DNA from: a virus
Lineage: Duplodnaviria > Caudoviricetes
Length of the DNA: 56,224 nt
Direction: 5' to 3' (one strand)
Virus record (IMG/VR): IMGVR_UViG_3300020045_004866
Coordinates: 1 to 56,224 of that record
Positions 18,101 through 27,206 of this stretch are shown piece by piece (the stretch's first letter is position 1; each line of letters starts with the position of its first letter). The notes under the pieces were generated by a model. The model was not told the origin of the DNA. It saw only the letters and a list, made by a program, of their open reading frames with translations, and ran no database searches. The translations under genes were made by a program, and so were the position numbers.

Positions 18101-21100
18101 AGTTTTCACCTTCTACGACGCTAGTTAGACGTGGATTAAGGAAGTATTGACCGCCTTGCGCTTTTGATGCTGGAACACGAATAGAATAATTACCCTGCTG
18201 AGGAATAATCCTTAGCTGATTATCCGCCGACCTAATACCAAAAGCGGGGTCAATAGTCGAGTTGCCAATAAATGACTGAGCAATACGCGCTGTTTGAAAT
18301 ACAACAGGCTTATCATCCAGTGCTTTTGCAAGGTCAAACTTTTTGGGCATTAAGATACCCTGCTTAGTGTCGCCTTGGTTGTTTGTGTAATTGACTATTT
18401 GCCCTGATTTATCGAACGCATACGCGGCAAGCATATTGCCAGTTAAGATGGTTCTTTCTTCTCTGGATTCTGAACTACCTTCTTCAATCGCTTTTTTGAT
18501 GTCCTGTGATGTTGGTTCTATAGACCACTTCCCTTCCGTGACGCTTCCAGCGGTAATTCTTGATAATGGAATTGTAAAGTTTTTGGCGGCATCAGCAACA
18601 TAAACGGTTAGCTTCCAGTTTCCCATTGCAAAGAAATTCTTTGCATCGCCTTTGCGCTCTAAGTTTCCAACAAAACCTAGGTATTGTCCGCCTGTAGGAG
18701 AGAATATTAAAACTCCTTTAGTCGGGCTAAAATCATTAAAAAACTTTATGATTTTAGTAGACCATGCGTCAAGCATATCCGTTGCGCCGCGCTTCTGTTT
18801 TATGTCTTGGTCATCCTCAGTAGGCATGGCATTTATTTCATCCATTCGTGCTTTATAGGCTTCATGAACTTTGGCTATCTGAATAGCTCGCCATTCACGC
18901 AAACTAGCACTATCGGTAATGCCAGTTTTACCCTTAATCAATCCCAATATCTGCTCTATAGTGTACGGCTTACCAAGTCGTTTAGCGTCCACTATTTCAG
19001 CATTAACGCCCTCGGCAAAAGGCGAATCACTTCCGCTAGTTGGCTTGACAACTTGTGTAGTCGATACGGTTTTTGCGTCCAACGCCATTGCTTTTGCTTC
19101 AAGCTGGTTTTGTCCAGTTTTGTTAAGCATATCAATGTATTCGTCATAAGCGTCTTCAAGCATCGTGTAGACTTTTTCTTGGTCTGCTAATGATAGGACT
19201 GGAATACGCCCAGTAACCCTGCGCATTGCGCCATCAGTATCAAAACCTGTAGTGTCTTTTTCTTTTAATGGGACACCAAGCAACGCATGAATATCGCGGT
19301 TATCGTTCATGACCGCTGCGGCAACCTCGTCGCCATAATCGTTCATAAAGTCTGGTACGTCTTTAGCCTTTACTGCTGAATCCTTACCTGCGGTTGTGGC
19401 TGCGTTAAGCCCTGCCATTTTCTTAGCAAGGATTGCCGAAGGTCTTTTTTCTGCGGGAATGTTCGCCGTTAATTGCCCGTAACTTGGTAGATTAGATTGC
19501 CCAGTACGATTAACTCGCCCTAACATTTGCATGTGCGTATCAATGTTCAATTCAGGCTGGGCGATAATCATGTGTCGCTTTCGGGTGTCAGTTCCGACTT
19601 TAGGACTTGAATGTAACGATAACCCTGTTGCGCCCGACTGATTCAAGATAACAGCATCAATCATGCCGTTATTGAAGTCACTGATAGTTTTGCGTTTGCC
19701 CGCTGAGTTTTTCTGACTGGCAGGGCGTTTTTTGTAGACGGGAATGCTTTCAGAATAATCAATAATTGAATTTCTTCCTGTTATCTCGCCTGTCTTGTAA
19801 CCTGCTTCATGCAGTGCGTTATGAATGGCATCAATAGGAGATACTGGATATTTGTCAAAACCGTACCGGTCTATTTTATCCATCACGTCTTTATAGAATT
19901 GGGCGGCTACCACTCCTAATTCCTCATCATTTAAGTAACGCGATTCTTTTTTACCATACATATCACCTTCAATGACACGGCGTGACTTGCTCAAATATCG
20001 CGCCAACAAATCGCCAAAGTGTAGACCAATAGCATCACCTACATTAAGCCCCGCATCTTCTGCGTATTCATCAATCGCTGAACCCATTGTATTTGATAGC
20101 GTGATAACAGGTTTTTCTCCACGCTTTAACGCGGCAAGTGCCTCATCAATAGCGGGTTGAACCTTTAGCATCAACAGCATTTGCCCAATCATGTTGTGCA
20201 TAACACTGGTAAAATTTGAGGACGATGCGCCAGCCGCGCCAGTAGACCTGTCGCTGGACATTTTACGCGCATCAGCTTTAAGCTCTTTATCAAGACCTTT
20301 TATGCTCGAAGCCTTTAAAACATCAAACTGCATGATGTCACGCATAATCTCAGAAGCGCGTTCGGCAAACTTCCTATCAACATCAACAAAAACGGTATCA
20401 TAAACAATACCATCAAAAGACTTTTCTCGGCGTATGTATTGCCCTGCTTGGGCAAGCATAGACGCTACGGCTTGCTGCAATGGAACGCCACCTGCTTGTA
20501 ATGAGTCTTTTAATTGTTGCGGGTCAGCAATCAATCCCATATCGGTTTTGGAGTACAAATCCAGAACATCAGGACGTTTTGCGTAGGTTGCCGATGAATA
20601 GAATACGCCTTGTGAATTTTGCACTAGTTGACGGGTAAATCCAGCTCTGCCGCCTTTTGTGCCTTCCTCGACTGTTGCACCACTACCGCCATTAGCCGCG
20701 CCTTTGCGTGAGGCAACACTTGTTCCACCCGCATTATGGCTTTCATCCAGTATCAGCAATGCACCTTTTGATACAGCTTCAATAAAATCCATTCTATCGG
20801 TTTGTGCGCCCTTGATAGTTTGCATTTGGCTGTAAGTGGTAAAAACAGCATCATAACCAGATAATTTACCGTCATACACCATTTGCGCCATTTCTTTTGC
20901 TTTTTGGGTATCGCCTACTTTTGCAAAAATAGCATCACTGGGTATTTTTGGTGCGGGGAGGTTGTTTTCTTTTGCGTTGGAATTTTCAATATCCCACTCT
21001 AACGCGGCTTTATTTAATGGGATAACGCCATCACTGCCGCTGTTGGTAGCAAATGGCATAACACTACCCATACCAATATCATTCAGGTCTCGAATCATAT

Positions 21101-24100
21101 CACTGTAAAGGTTAGGCTTTTCAGTGACGAAAATAGGTGTGATATTATTCAGGATTGCGTAGCGAATCATCGCCGCGTTTACCCTGCCTTTGCCAACGCC
21201 CGTCTGATCGCCGATGATAAAGCCCTTGCCATTGATGATATTGTCTAAGGCTAAGGCGATTGCATCAACCTGTTCTGCGCTGAAGTACTTACCTAAATCA
21301 TCAGCTTCATAATTCAACTGACTTGCGACAAAGTTATCAACGCTGGTGTATTTATCGTTTAGTTTTGCAAGTGCGGAATTAATAGCCGATTGCATATTAA
21401 TAGGTACAAGCGTGCCGATAGAATTAACCCCGCTTGATGGCGTGTATTCTGCTTGAAAGGAGTTTTCTATTCGCTGTGGTGCAGTAGTGCGGGTATCACT
21501 GAGTTTAGTAGTTCCATTGGGTCTTGATACCGCGCTATTTCCGAGTTGGTTATTGGTTGCATCATTCCCGCGTACTGTTTCAGTATCGTTTCTAAGTCCA
21601 GACTGAAAGACATTATCCCCTCGTCCGTTCTTATCGGCGATTGAATCTCTTGATTGCTTAGCATTTGTTCCACTTGCAACATCGTTTGTTGTTGTTCCTG
21701 TGGTGGCTGTTTGTTTAGTAGCTTCTCTACTTTCCTGCAAAGAAACTCTATTGTCTTGGAGTTCATTTTTTAATTCCTCGGTTGATTGAATTACTCTAGG
21801 TAGACCTGCTGCTGGCAATAAAAGTTCAGATTTTCCTTTACCATTTATCACAATTACATCAACTGGATAACCTGCGCCCTGTTTAGCGTACAAATCACCT
21901 GATACAGTGAAATGGTCAACTACATTATATTCGTTGTACAGTGTGCCGTAAAATGCTCGTTTCGCCGCGCCATTATATTTATCTTCCCGTGCCGTATCTG
22001 ATAGGTTGGTCATAACACCACCAACAATTAACACCGCCTTGCCATCGTCTTTCATGGCTTTAAGTGCGTTAAATGCTATGGCGTGGTCTATTTCGTTGGT
22101 TTTATACCGTGAAGTGATAGGGAATGTTTGAGTATTGCCGTTTTCATCTTTTACTGTGCCGAAAGGAGGATTGGCGATAACCACATCACTGTCTGCATTG
22201 CCAAATCCATAATTAGCCGCGTTGTTTGTGGTTACTGTGAATCCTTGTGACTCTAACGCCTTTGCTCTGCCTTTGTTTAACTCATTAACAATTGCGTTAT
22301 CGGGATTAACAGCAATTAATAGCGCACCATTACCCGCTGTTGGTTCGACTACGGAGGTGTTACTGTCAATTCCAGCGCGTACCGATGCAACATAAGCCAG
22401 TGCTAATGGTGTTGAGTAGGCTTGTTCTGCAATGCTTGTGCTGGTTCTAACATTCAATGACGGCATTTGTTCGGCTAAAGCACTAAGCGCGTCAAAGGTA
22501 TTTTCTTTGCTCATGCCTTTAGCGACAATCTGTCTTGCGGCAATAACGCCTGCCAGTTCAATTGCTTCGTCGGCTTGTTTAGCTTGAACTGTACCCGCTT
22601 GAATTGGTGTGTCACTTAATTCTTTTCGTGCTTGAACAATGGTTTTAAGCGAATCACCGTTTAGTAGTTTTTCTGAGAAAGCCGTAACATTGAAACCGTT
22701 TAAAATAATTGGTTTTGATATTTGTTTAGTGGCTTTATCGCCCAACAAACTATCCCCAACCATCAACAAAGCCGATAGTGCGGTTTCTTGTTCTTGGTTA
22801 AGTTCAATACCCAATAACTTAGCGATCGCATGAACAAACTGAGTCCATGCTGTTTTATCTTTGCCCATTTTAATATCGGCAAGCATCTTCTGGAATACTG
22901 GTTCAGTTAATCCGTAGGTGATAAGTTCGCGTAGGTTTTCAGTAGCTAATTCCGATACTTTCTTTAAATCGCCCGTTACGTTATTTTCCTTAATGTGCTT
23001 ATTAATCAAGTTGGCTATAAGTTTAAGTTGAGTACGCGCTACTTTTTCGTCTCTAGTTAGCGTGGATTCATCCGTGTTACCCATGATGGCGTTAATCTTT
23101 TCGCCAGTTACCGCGTGAATCAGCTCATGAATAAATCCTTTTTCAGTGGCACTTTCTTTTAACTTCGGAATGACTGCCAAATTAACTGAAACAGTTTTAG
23201 TATTGTAGTCATAGTTCATTACCCCCTCGGTGCCGCGCTTATTTTTTAGCGTATCGACAACGGATATGTTGATGCCATCTGGAAGCTGACCAATTAGCTT
23301 ATTGGCTAGAATTGGGTGTAGCGGGGTTGCACTATTAGCTATAATGTGCTCTAGGACTTCGTTTACGTTGCCACTAGCTATAAGTGAATGCAGTGTTTTC
23401 GTAGCTGGCTTAGATTGCTTGGCTTCTGGCTTAATTTTGTCTTTTCCCGCCAGATTAGAGTCGGTATTATCCGCAATCGGCTCAGACTTATCCTGTTTAG
23501 CGGGTTCGGATTTGGATTCAGTTTTAACACTGTCGAATTCGACAGAATTAGAATCGGCTTTAGGTTCTACAAGTAGGTCTTCAAGTGATTTAATCTCGCT
23601 CATACCAACAAAGTCCTTGCCACCTGCCGAAGCATACCCGCCTAACAAATGCTCAAGGGTAAATTTATCGGCTGTTTCTTTGTCGGCAAGCTCTCTAATC
23701 TGCTCCATTACATAGCTTGCGGTTTCTTTGAACTTAATAAAGCCCATTTTTGCGGCAATACGAAAAATCTTAGCCATGATAGGAACAAGTTTAGTTTCTT
23801 CTTCCTCGGTCATGTTCATCTTGCCACCAAGCAAAGATACAGCCTCGCCTATGGCTTGCCCCATTTGAGCCTTAAGATCTTCCATTTCGCTCAATGGTTT
23901 TTTGCTGCCTTGCTTGGCTACCTCGCTTTCAATAGGCTCAGCATCATAACCCTCATACTCGGTTTTATCCTGCGACTCCCAGACACCATTCTCATTCTTT
24001 GCCACTGGTACACTATCACCATCATCATTAACGGTGTGTGTAGGGTTAAATTGTGTAGCGGGTTCAGCGTTAGCATCACCCGCTTCATTTAGCACTTCGG

Positions 24101-27100
24101 TTTTGGTGGACGTTTTTTCGCCATTGTCACTTGCTCCTGTGGTTGATGGTGTTACCGCTTGCGTGTCGGTTTCTTGCGCGGCTTGTGACTTCACATAGTT
24201 AGTATGAGCATTAACCACGTCCTCATAAGTTGGACGGTTATTTATCACCTCCATAACATTATAAAGCTCATCTTTTGATATTTTTATCTTGCCATCCTTT
24301 GCATCTTTTAGCTTATCTTGTGCGTTTTCAATATCTTTCGCGTAATACCCTAAAAGCCTTTTATTCTCTATTACCCTTAAAGTTGCTTGGTTTGCACTTG
24401 GCTTTCCCGCACTTCCAAAGGTCTCCGCCCTTTGTGCATCCCTTTGTTTTTCCCACTCTTGCTTTGTTAGCTCATGAGGCTCTTTATGACTATTTTCTTG
24501 TGTTGTCGATTGCGCTGTATCTGTTGGTTTATTTGTTTTTGTATCATTGGTTAATGGGGTTTGATTTCTAATAACCAAGCCGCGTGACTTAGCATTGGAT
24601 ATGGCTTCGTTATGAGCTTCACGGGAATTATTAGATGGTTGCAATGGTGCTCTAAATTCCTCAATCGTTAGCCCGTGGTCTGGAATTTCGGTTTTTGCAC
24701 TTAACTTTTCACCATTGTTTAACGCCGTAACAATGCGGTTATCGTATTCATCCTGTGCTTGTCTGGTAAATTCCGTTGTGTCTCGATGTTGCTCGGTAGC
24801 AGTTCTAGTTTTTTTACCAGCCTTTCTGTTTTCGGTATTTACCCACGCCTTAACGAAAGCATCCTTATTGTCTTTAGGTGTTTTACCGCTAGGTTTTACC
24901 GCTGTTGGCTGCGTAGAAACCGTGGCATCACCGGGCGGTACACTCGGTACTTCTGCCGCTTGTTGTGCGCTAGATGTCTTATTCTGTCCTGTACGAACCT
25001 TGGAAACCTTAGTTGGCTCGTCCTGCGTAACAGTTGGTGCTTGAGTGGGTTCTGCGGGTATGTTTGCATTTACAACGTTCTCAACTTCATTATGAATTTC
25101 AGGAATAGTTTTGTCGGCAACATCAACGCCAACAGCCGGCGCGATACGAAGTAAATCATCGGCGTGTTTTGGGCTAAGTGTTTTTGTTTCTATTGCTTTG
25201 TCGATTTCTGCCAGTGTAACCGCTGCTTGTTGTACGTCTTCTGGCTTTGGCGCGGGTAATAGTTTTTGATTTCCGATTCTGTCACGGACAACCTCACCAT
25301 TAATTGCATCACTGCCTAATAACTTCTGATTTACTGGATTGCCAACTTCTTTGTTATCGACTAATTCGCCTGTTAATGTTGGGCTATCTAGCTGTGCATT
25401 TTGTGCAGCTTGACCATTTAGAGCATTACCTATAATTGGTTGCAATGTTGGTGCAGTATCAAGATTAACTGGGCTTGGTTGTGCGTCTTGTGCCGTGTCG
25501 TACTGGCTTGCTTGTTGTGTTGGCTGTTCAGTAGTATTGGCATTATTGCTGCCACCCGCGCCACCTGCATTACCAGAATCACCGCCTGTATTAGGAGTGC
25601 TGGGTTTAGGTGTAGGCTGCGCCATTGCTCCAGCCGCTAAAGCCGCTTGCAAAATATCACCACGCGCTCTGGCATCGGCAAACGACTTAGCCTGTGCCGC
25701 TGCTTTCGCTGCATTGGCATTATCAATAATAAGCTGGTTAGCTTGATCTGTTTCGAGCGATTGACGGGTAGCTTTATCATAAGCTCTACCAGCCCCGCCG
25801 CCAACACCACCACTAAGCAAACCCATTGCTCCGCCGCTTGCCGCTTGTTCGACAACGCCTTTCATTGGATCAACGTCAGTGTAAGGTTGCATTGCTACGT
25901 TTTGGGCATATTGACCACTCGCGCCTTGTATTGTTTCCTCTGAAAATTCTTTTCCACCGCCCGTTAATATCCCGCCGCCAACGGCTTTTAATGTTGGAGC
26001 AACCCCGCTTGCAATTGCATTGGTACCCGCTTTACCAGCTAAGCGATTAAATAGCGCACCCTCTAGTCCACCGCCTGTCACCAATGACGCGCCTGCACCA
26101 ACTAACGCCGCTGGTGCAAACGCGTCACTACCCGTCATTTCCGCCGTTATGCGTACCGCTTCATCAAAACCTTTTTCATTCGCCAGTTGTGCGAATTGTG
26201 GGTTTTTCATTAACTGGTCTGGGTTATTTTTAGCTAACCCTAAAAACTCATCACGCGCCGCATTGGACGCGCCCGCACCCTCAAGGGTAGCATTGCCTAA
26301 ACCCATGATTGCCGCGTTTTGAACTTTATCGGCTATTGCTGCTTTTGCTTTGAGTGCTTCGGCTTCGGCTGCTTTGGTCGCGCTAAACGCTCTTGCTTTT
26401 GTTGCAGTGTCGATTAAGTTATCAGCTTCTTTAGACGCTTTTGTTGCTAGTTTTGGCAATCCATCAGCTGCTAATCTTTCGCCATTGGCTGCCGCTATAT
26501 TCGCGCTGGATATTCGCGCTTCTGCTTTAGCCGCTTCTTGAGCCGCTCTTGAGGTTGCGTTGGCTGCCTTGGCTGTCAATTCCTCAGCCTTGCCAACACC
26601 AGCTAAGCCCTCTGCAACTTTTGCGCCTTTCGATAAAGCCGCCACTGCCATAAACTGAGGGATAGACTCAATCAATGATGGTGATGTGCCGCGTGGGTTT
26701 TCAATAGTCGCGCCGAATGCTTTGCCAGCTTTTTGACCAATACTAAGCGACTCATCGCCCATGACTGCCTCAAGGTCTGTGCCAAGTTTAGCCTGTGCGT
26801 CCTGTGTGCCTTGTGAATAAGGCATTGTTTCTTCTGCCCAATCAGCAAGTGGGCGAGTCGTGTAATCCCTTACCATGCCGACTCCTGAATTTACAGAGTT
26901 TTCAATCGCACCGCCTTGACCAGCATTCTCGTTTCCCACTGCTAAGTCGGCAATTTTTGCATAACCACCTAACGCGGTTTGTGCGGTTGATTCTAAGGCG
27001 TCTGGCAAGCCGATTAAACCACGCGCCACACCTTTTGGCAGGTCTAACGCGCCGCTTGCTGTGTTGGCTAATTGTGGCGGCTGACTAGGTTGTAAAAACT

Positions 27101-27206
27101 CATCAAACATACCAGTTCCAGCTCGTTCCTCCTTAGCTGGAATAGCGGGTAATTTATTAGCTTTATCGCTCGTTTGTTTTGGCAAAAACTCATCAAACAT
27201 TCCCAT
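12132..27206 (-). CDS. Giant polyvalent (DarB-like) internal virion protein: N6-adenine MTase, Strawberry-notch SF2 helicase, zincin peptidases, ART-like, ParB-like and LPD38-like domains
   Basis: EPTAGNG and NPPF; GDQTGVGKGR, DESH, SAT, QMLGRVNRTGQ; HELIH, HEIEH, HELGVH; YHAT and YHGS; DGHHR. Confidence 0.9.
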   Translation of the reverse strand: MGMFDEFLPKQTSDKANKLPAIPAKEERAGTGMFDEFLQPSQPPQLANTASGALDLPKGVARGLIGLPDALESTAQTALGGYAKIADLAVGNENAGQGGAIENSVNSGVGMVRDYTTRPLADWAEETMPYSQGTQDAQAKLGTDLEAVMGDESLSIGQKAGKAFGATIENPRGTSPSLIESIPQFMAVAALSKGAKVAEGLAGVGKAEELTAKAANATSRAAQEAAKAEARISSANIAAANGERLAADGLPKLATKASKEADNLIDTATKARAFSATKAAEAEALKAKAAIADKVQNAAIMGLGNATLEGAGASNAARDEFLGLAKNNPDQLMKNPQFAQLANEKGFDEAVRITAEMTGSDAFAPAALVGAGASLVTGGGLEGALFNRLAGKAGTNAIASGVAPTLKAVGGGILTGGGKEFSEETIQGASGQYAQNVAMQPYTDVDPMKGVVEQAASGGAMGLLSGGVGGGAGRAYDKATRQSLETDQANQLIIDNANAAKAAAQAKSFADARARGDILQAALAAGAMAQPTPKPSTPNTGGDSGNAGGAGGSNNANTTEQPTQQASQYDTAQDAQPSPVNLDTAPTLQPIIGNALNGQAAQNAQLDSPTLTGELVDNKEVGNPVNQKLLGSDAINGEVVRDRIGNQKLLPAPKPEDVQQAAVTLAEIDKAIETKTLSPKHADDLLRIAPAVGVDVADKTIPEIHNEVENVVNANIPAEPTQAPTVTQDEPTKVSKVRTGQNKTSSAQQAAEVPSVPPGDATVSTQPTAVKPSGKTPKDNKDAFVKAWVNTENRKAGKKTRTATEQHRDTTEFTRQAQDEYDNRIVTALNNGEKLSAKTEIPDHGLTIEEFRAPLQPSNNSREAHNEAISNAKSRGLVIRNQTPLTNDTKTNKPTDTAQSTTQENSHKEPHELTKQEWEKQRDAQRAETFGSAGKPSANQATLRVIENKRLLGYYAKDIENAQDKLKDAKDGKIKISKDELYNVMEVINNRPTYEDVVNAHTNYVKSQAAQETDTQAVTPSTTGASDNGEKTSTKTEVLNEAGDANAEPATQFNPTHTVNDDGDSVPVAKNENGVWESQDKTEYEGYDAEPIESEVAKQGSKKPLSEMEDLKAQMGQAIGEAVSLLGGKMNMTEEEETKLVPIMAKIFRIAAKMGFIKFKETASYVMEQIRELADKETADKFTLEHLLGGYASAGGKDFVGMSEIKSLEDLLVEPKADSNSVEFDSVKTESKSEPAKQDKSEPIADNTDSNLAGKDKIKPEAKQSKPATKTLHSLIASGNVNEVLEHIIANSATPLHPILANKLIGQLPDGINISVVDTLKNKRGTEGVMNYDYNTKTVSVNLAVIPKLKESATEKGFIHELIHAVTGEKINAIMGNTDESTLTRDEKVARTQLKLIANLINKHIKENNVTGDLKKVSELATENLRELITYGLTEPVFQKMLADIKMGKDKTAWTQFVHAIAKLLGIELNQEQETALSALLMVGDSLLGDKATKQISKPIILNGFNVTAFSEKLLNGDSLKTIVQARKELSDTPIQAGTVQAKQADEAIELAGVIAARQIVAKGMSKENTFDALSALAEQMPSLNVRTSTSIAEQAYSTPLALAYVASVRAGIDSNTSVVEPTAGNGALLIAVNPDNAIVNELNKGRAKALESQGFTVTTNNAANYGFGNADSDVVIANPPFGTVKDENGNTQTFPITSRYKTNEIDHAIAFNALKAMKDDGKAVLIVGGVMTNLSDTAREDKYNGAAKRAFYGTLYNEYNVVDHFTVSGDLYAKQGAGYPVDVIVINGKGKSELLLPAAGLPRVIQSTEELKNELQDNRVSLQESREATKQTATTGTTTNDVASGTNAKQSRDSIADKNGRGDNVFQSGLRNDTETVRGNDATNNQLGNSAVSRPNGTTKLSDTRTTAPQRIENSFQAEYTPSSGVNSIGTLVPINMQSAINSALAKLNDKYTSVDNFVASQLNYEADDLGKYFSAEQVDAIALALDNIINGKGFIIGDQTGVGKGRVNAAMIRYAILNNITPIFVTEKPNLYSDMIRDLNDIGMGSVMPFATNSGSDGVIPLNKAALEWDIENSNAKENNLPAPKIPSDAIFAKVGDTQKAKEMAQMVYDGKLSGYDAVFTTYSQMQTIKGAQTDRMDFIEAVSKGALLILDESHNAGGTSVASRKGAANGGSGATVEEGTKGGRAGFTRQLVQNSQGVFYSSATYAKRPDVLDLYSKTDMGLIADPQQLKDSLQAGGVPLQQAVASMLAQAGQYIRREKSFDGIVYDTVFVDVDRKFAERASEIMRDIMQFDVLKASSIKGLDKELKADARKMSSDRSTGAAGASSSNFTSVMHNMIGQMLLMLKVQPAIDEALAALKRGEKPVITLSNTMGSAIDEYAEDAGLNVGDAIGLHFGDLLARYLSKSRRVIEGDMYGKKESRYLNDEELGVVAAQFYKDVMDKIDRYGFDKYPVSPIDAIHNALHEAGYKTGEITGRNSIIDYSESIPVYKKRPASQKNSAGKRKTISDFNNGMIDAVILNQSGATGLSLHSSPKVGTDTRKRHMIIAQPELNIDTHMQMLGRVNRTGQSNLPSYGQLTANIPAEKRPSAILAKKMAGLNAATTAGKDSAVKAKDVPDFMNDYGDEVAAAVMNDNRDIHALLGVPLKEKDTTGFDTDGAMRRVTGRIPVLSLADQEKVYTMLEDAYDEYIDMLNKTGQNQLEAKAMALDAKTVSTTQVVKPTSGSDSPFAEGVNAEIVDAKRLGKPYTIEQILGLIKGKTGITDSASLREWRAIQIAKVHEAYKARMDEINAMPTEDDQDIKQKRGATDMLDAWSTKIIKFFNDFSPTKGVLIFSPTGGQYLGFVGNLERKGDAKNFFAMGNWKLTVYVADAAKNFTIPLSRITAGSVTEGKWSIEPTSQDIKKAIEEGSSESREERTILTGNMLAAYAFDKSGQIVNYTNNQGDTKQGILMPKKFDLAKALDDKPVVFQTARIAQSFIGNSTIDPAFGIRSADNQLRIIPQQGNYSIRVPASKAQGGQYFLNPRLTSVVEGENFVKRGNEMVGTFNKESLGSVLDILYPIAGKLQPISKEKGKEFLESTEIKPSQSTKPTNAALPSNKQPHLLTQSEFRELYPDPLQRVATNPDLDKRIIEKAGSNDPKKIFEYYQGLYPDELGDVDIQILPSPFPTRSSFDVKTGTNTDTGEVVAIIKTIWLTPKFSEQELKDWNQKGGGVDLSTPSILRHEIEHAIDYARGKKEGHKPTSNPKQGGKATFKDFDHANFSVDFLHRALVNDALKEGLSVPDKVLADYPELQDRTGVFESRSDKPTNSHTKDSFSKAFTIQLDKQFGHGWTKLLMATGKVKVVSNEEADRVISGGELFSFKPIILDYNDDISRILVDTGKGEKWFNTDDLGIKRDWVGINADSDDLPELLATLKKKKSAKQEIYDEEENVPYEIDKDGNAIVYHATSKANANKILKSGVFQAGSFFEPNANSTLKHVTGRIKNPVILKVRIKKDLLGSAAAGAEIYVDDAVAFTPFDKNKPYFFESDIDAQYSKNGKVQAFYNPANDTTYFVAENIDKNKDLLGLAAHELGVHALQLGKDDKNFKAILSEVESMITANSSTAIKKALARAKEANTKPEHVTEEVLAYLVENHPRLTLVQKFLNWFRSKLRAIGKALPPVQRTEWFRKVTALNESDLVGMAISALRVAPNDLLFDSVGRSGDAIKLAKAKGYEGSSTGEAEEWLRAVAKGLDMSQKARMARAKAMGFDVDKVWYHGSSEIIKKIGFGNIFDGLFLSESEDNASSHGTGVLNEFISTDKVFDGDFEYKHDREQLTDLIKDRYPDATEDQINEILFPAIVEDNFNPWDYSDEGEILELTGVDDLGEASWQFQNDRGRLAKQLGYDIVSMNDEHGTSYFAPKGSKIRNVNAAFDPDYADSPNLLASKKDTVTSPLLAPNGKRSNSTPANAGSGAKTLKQLELENRYTLPKIPSGNIFSNGVGDVSQDLRIKADDAFESGDTISQQVSIKDIVPTQRNITTHNLKSTKKYKDEPVNLILKDGKYYVSDGHHRISHAILNGDSAVSANVFSDDNASGIMYSMASAATDFFTGKPRRTTSLSDIDTMINTGKQPTDKLGWQYYFDKAVTTFTDSTRPFARFVQDTFDSEQASKLLSGADRALGMKAAYEKDAMNLFGRPIADGIRDIVKETKMDYKTAKDLTGYWMSARYSAEANDWLMTKDQNAIDTINADIAVTTDPDELKALNKQLAKTTSDQTKRIAAINDPNIIDPTEQKTDAGVAGGFNKATAAKLMADIEAKIPRAMLDAVANPTYDMNAWKLKNDIKDGKISKATADKFPKSKIYVPLTGDPRTDDSVEDYFSTGSVNQASDKQLGGRTGSIAQNGIDASFEQLEKSARYHGWNDFKTALTDTYNSLIADKVATGMTQKEAEQAVFDEFDIKRRPETGMIPASENDIIVRKDGKGMIYTINNQAAMEALRSVNNEDVPSILKPIAFFTRFQARMVTQLMPLFAPTNMLRDVAERSENIRTRKIQGYADLDMNKVANQAIGESAKLLIQLKPVMMGVLAENTPLAKAFPVDSTNQDVIMLKQFLALGGSSTYGDMLSGDSKSLAEKLRKTGTITDKAMDAIELWNNSFEMISGFSIYKSLVTNGVSDKDAAASALNLMNFRKRGKVMSPLRALYMFAQPIATGGHQMAMTLSTRRGQARFAAYTVAAMMLYAMLSAGDDDDDIGVNKMDEAGNFNLYRNILVPMGNGQYFKIPVGFGMQQLAWSHGVNAIRTMRGDMTAGEAVAESASLWARSGMPVAPAETSMLKNPMVWLAQTFSPQAAKPLVNIALDVNSFGAPLTNSRYERQDTAKALQGRRDTPQIYKDIAQVFAQNGIDFYPEQAREFIRDYGAGAGNEILKWAVENPAKKSRGLSTSIPLIDRYVLQTNDDSLKQRLYYRARDRMNELNVRESNGDTLSPSEKKMANLGDKLKKLEGSTRGKMAAATKAEKAGHLKRAESLRKQADAMRNKQMDYAFRTVHAIES

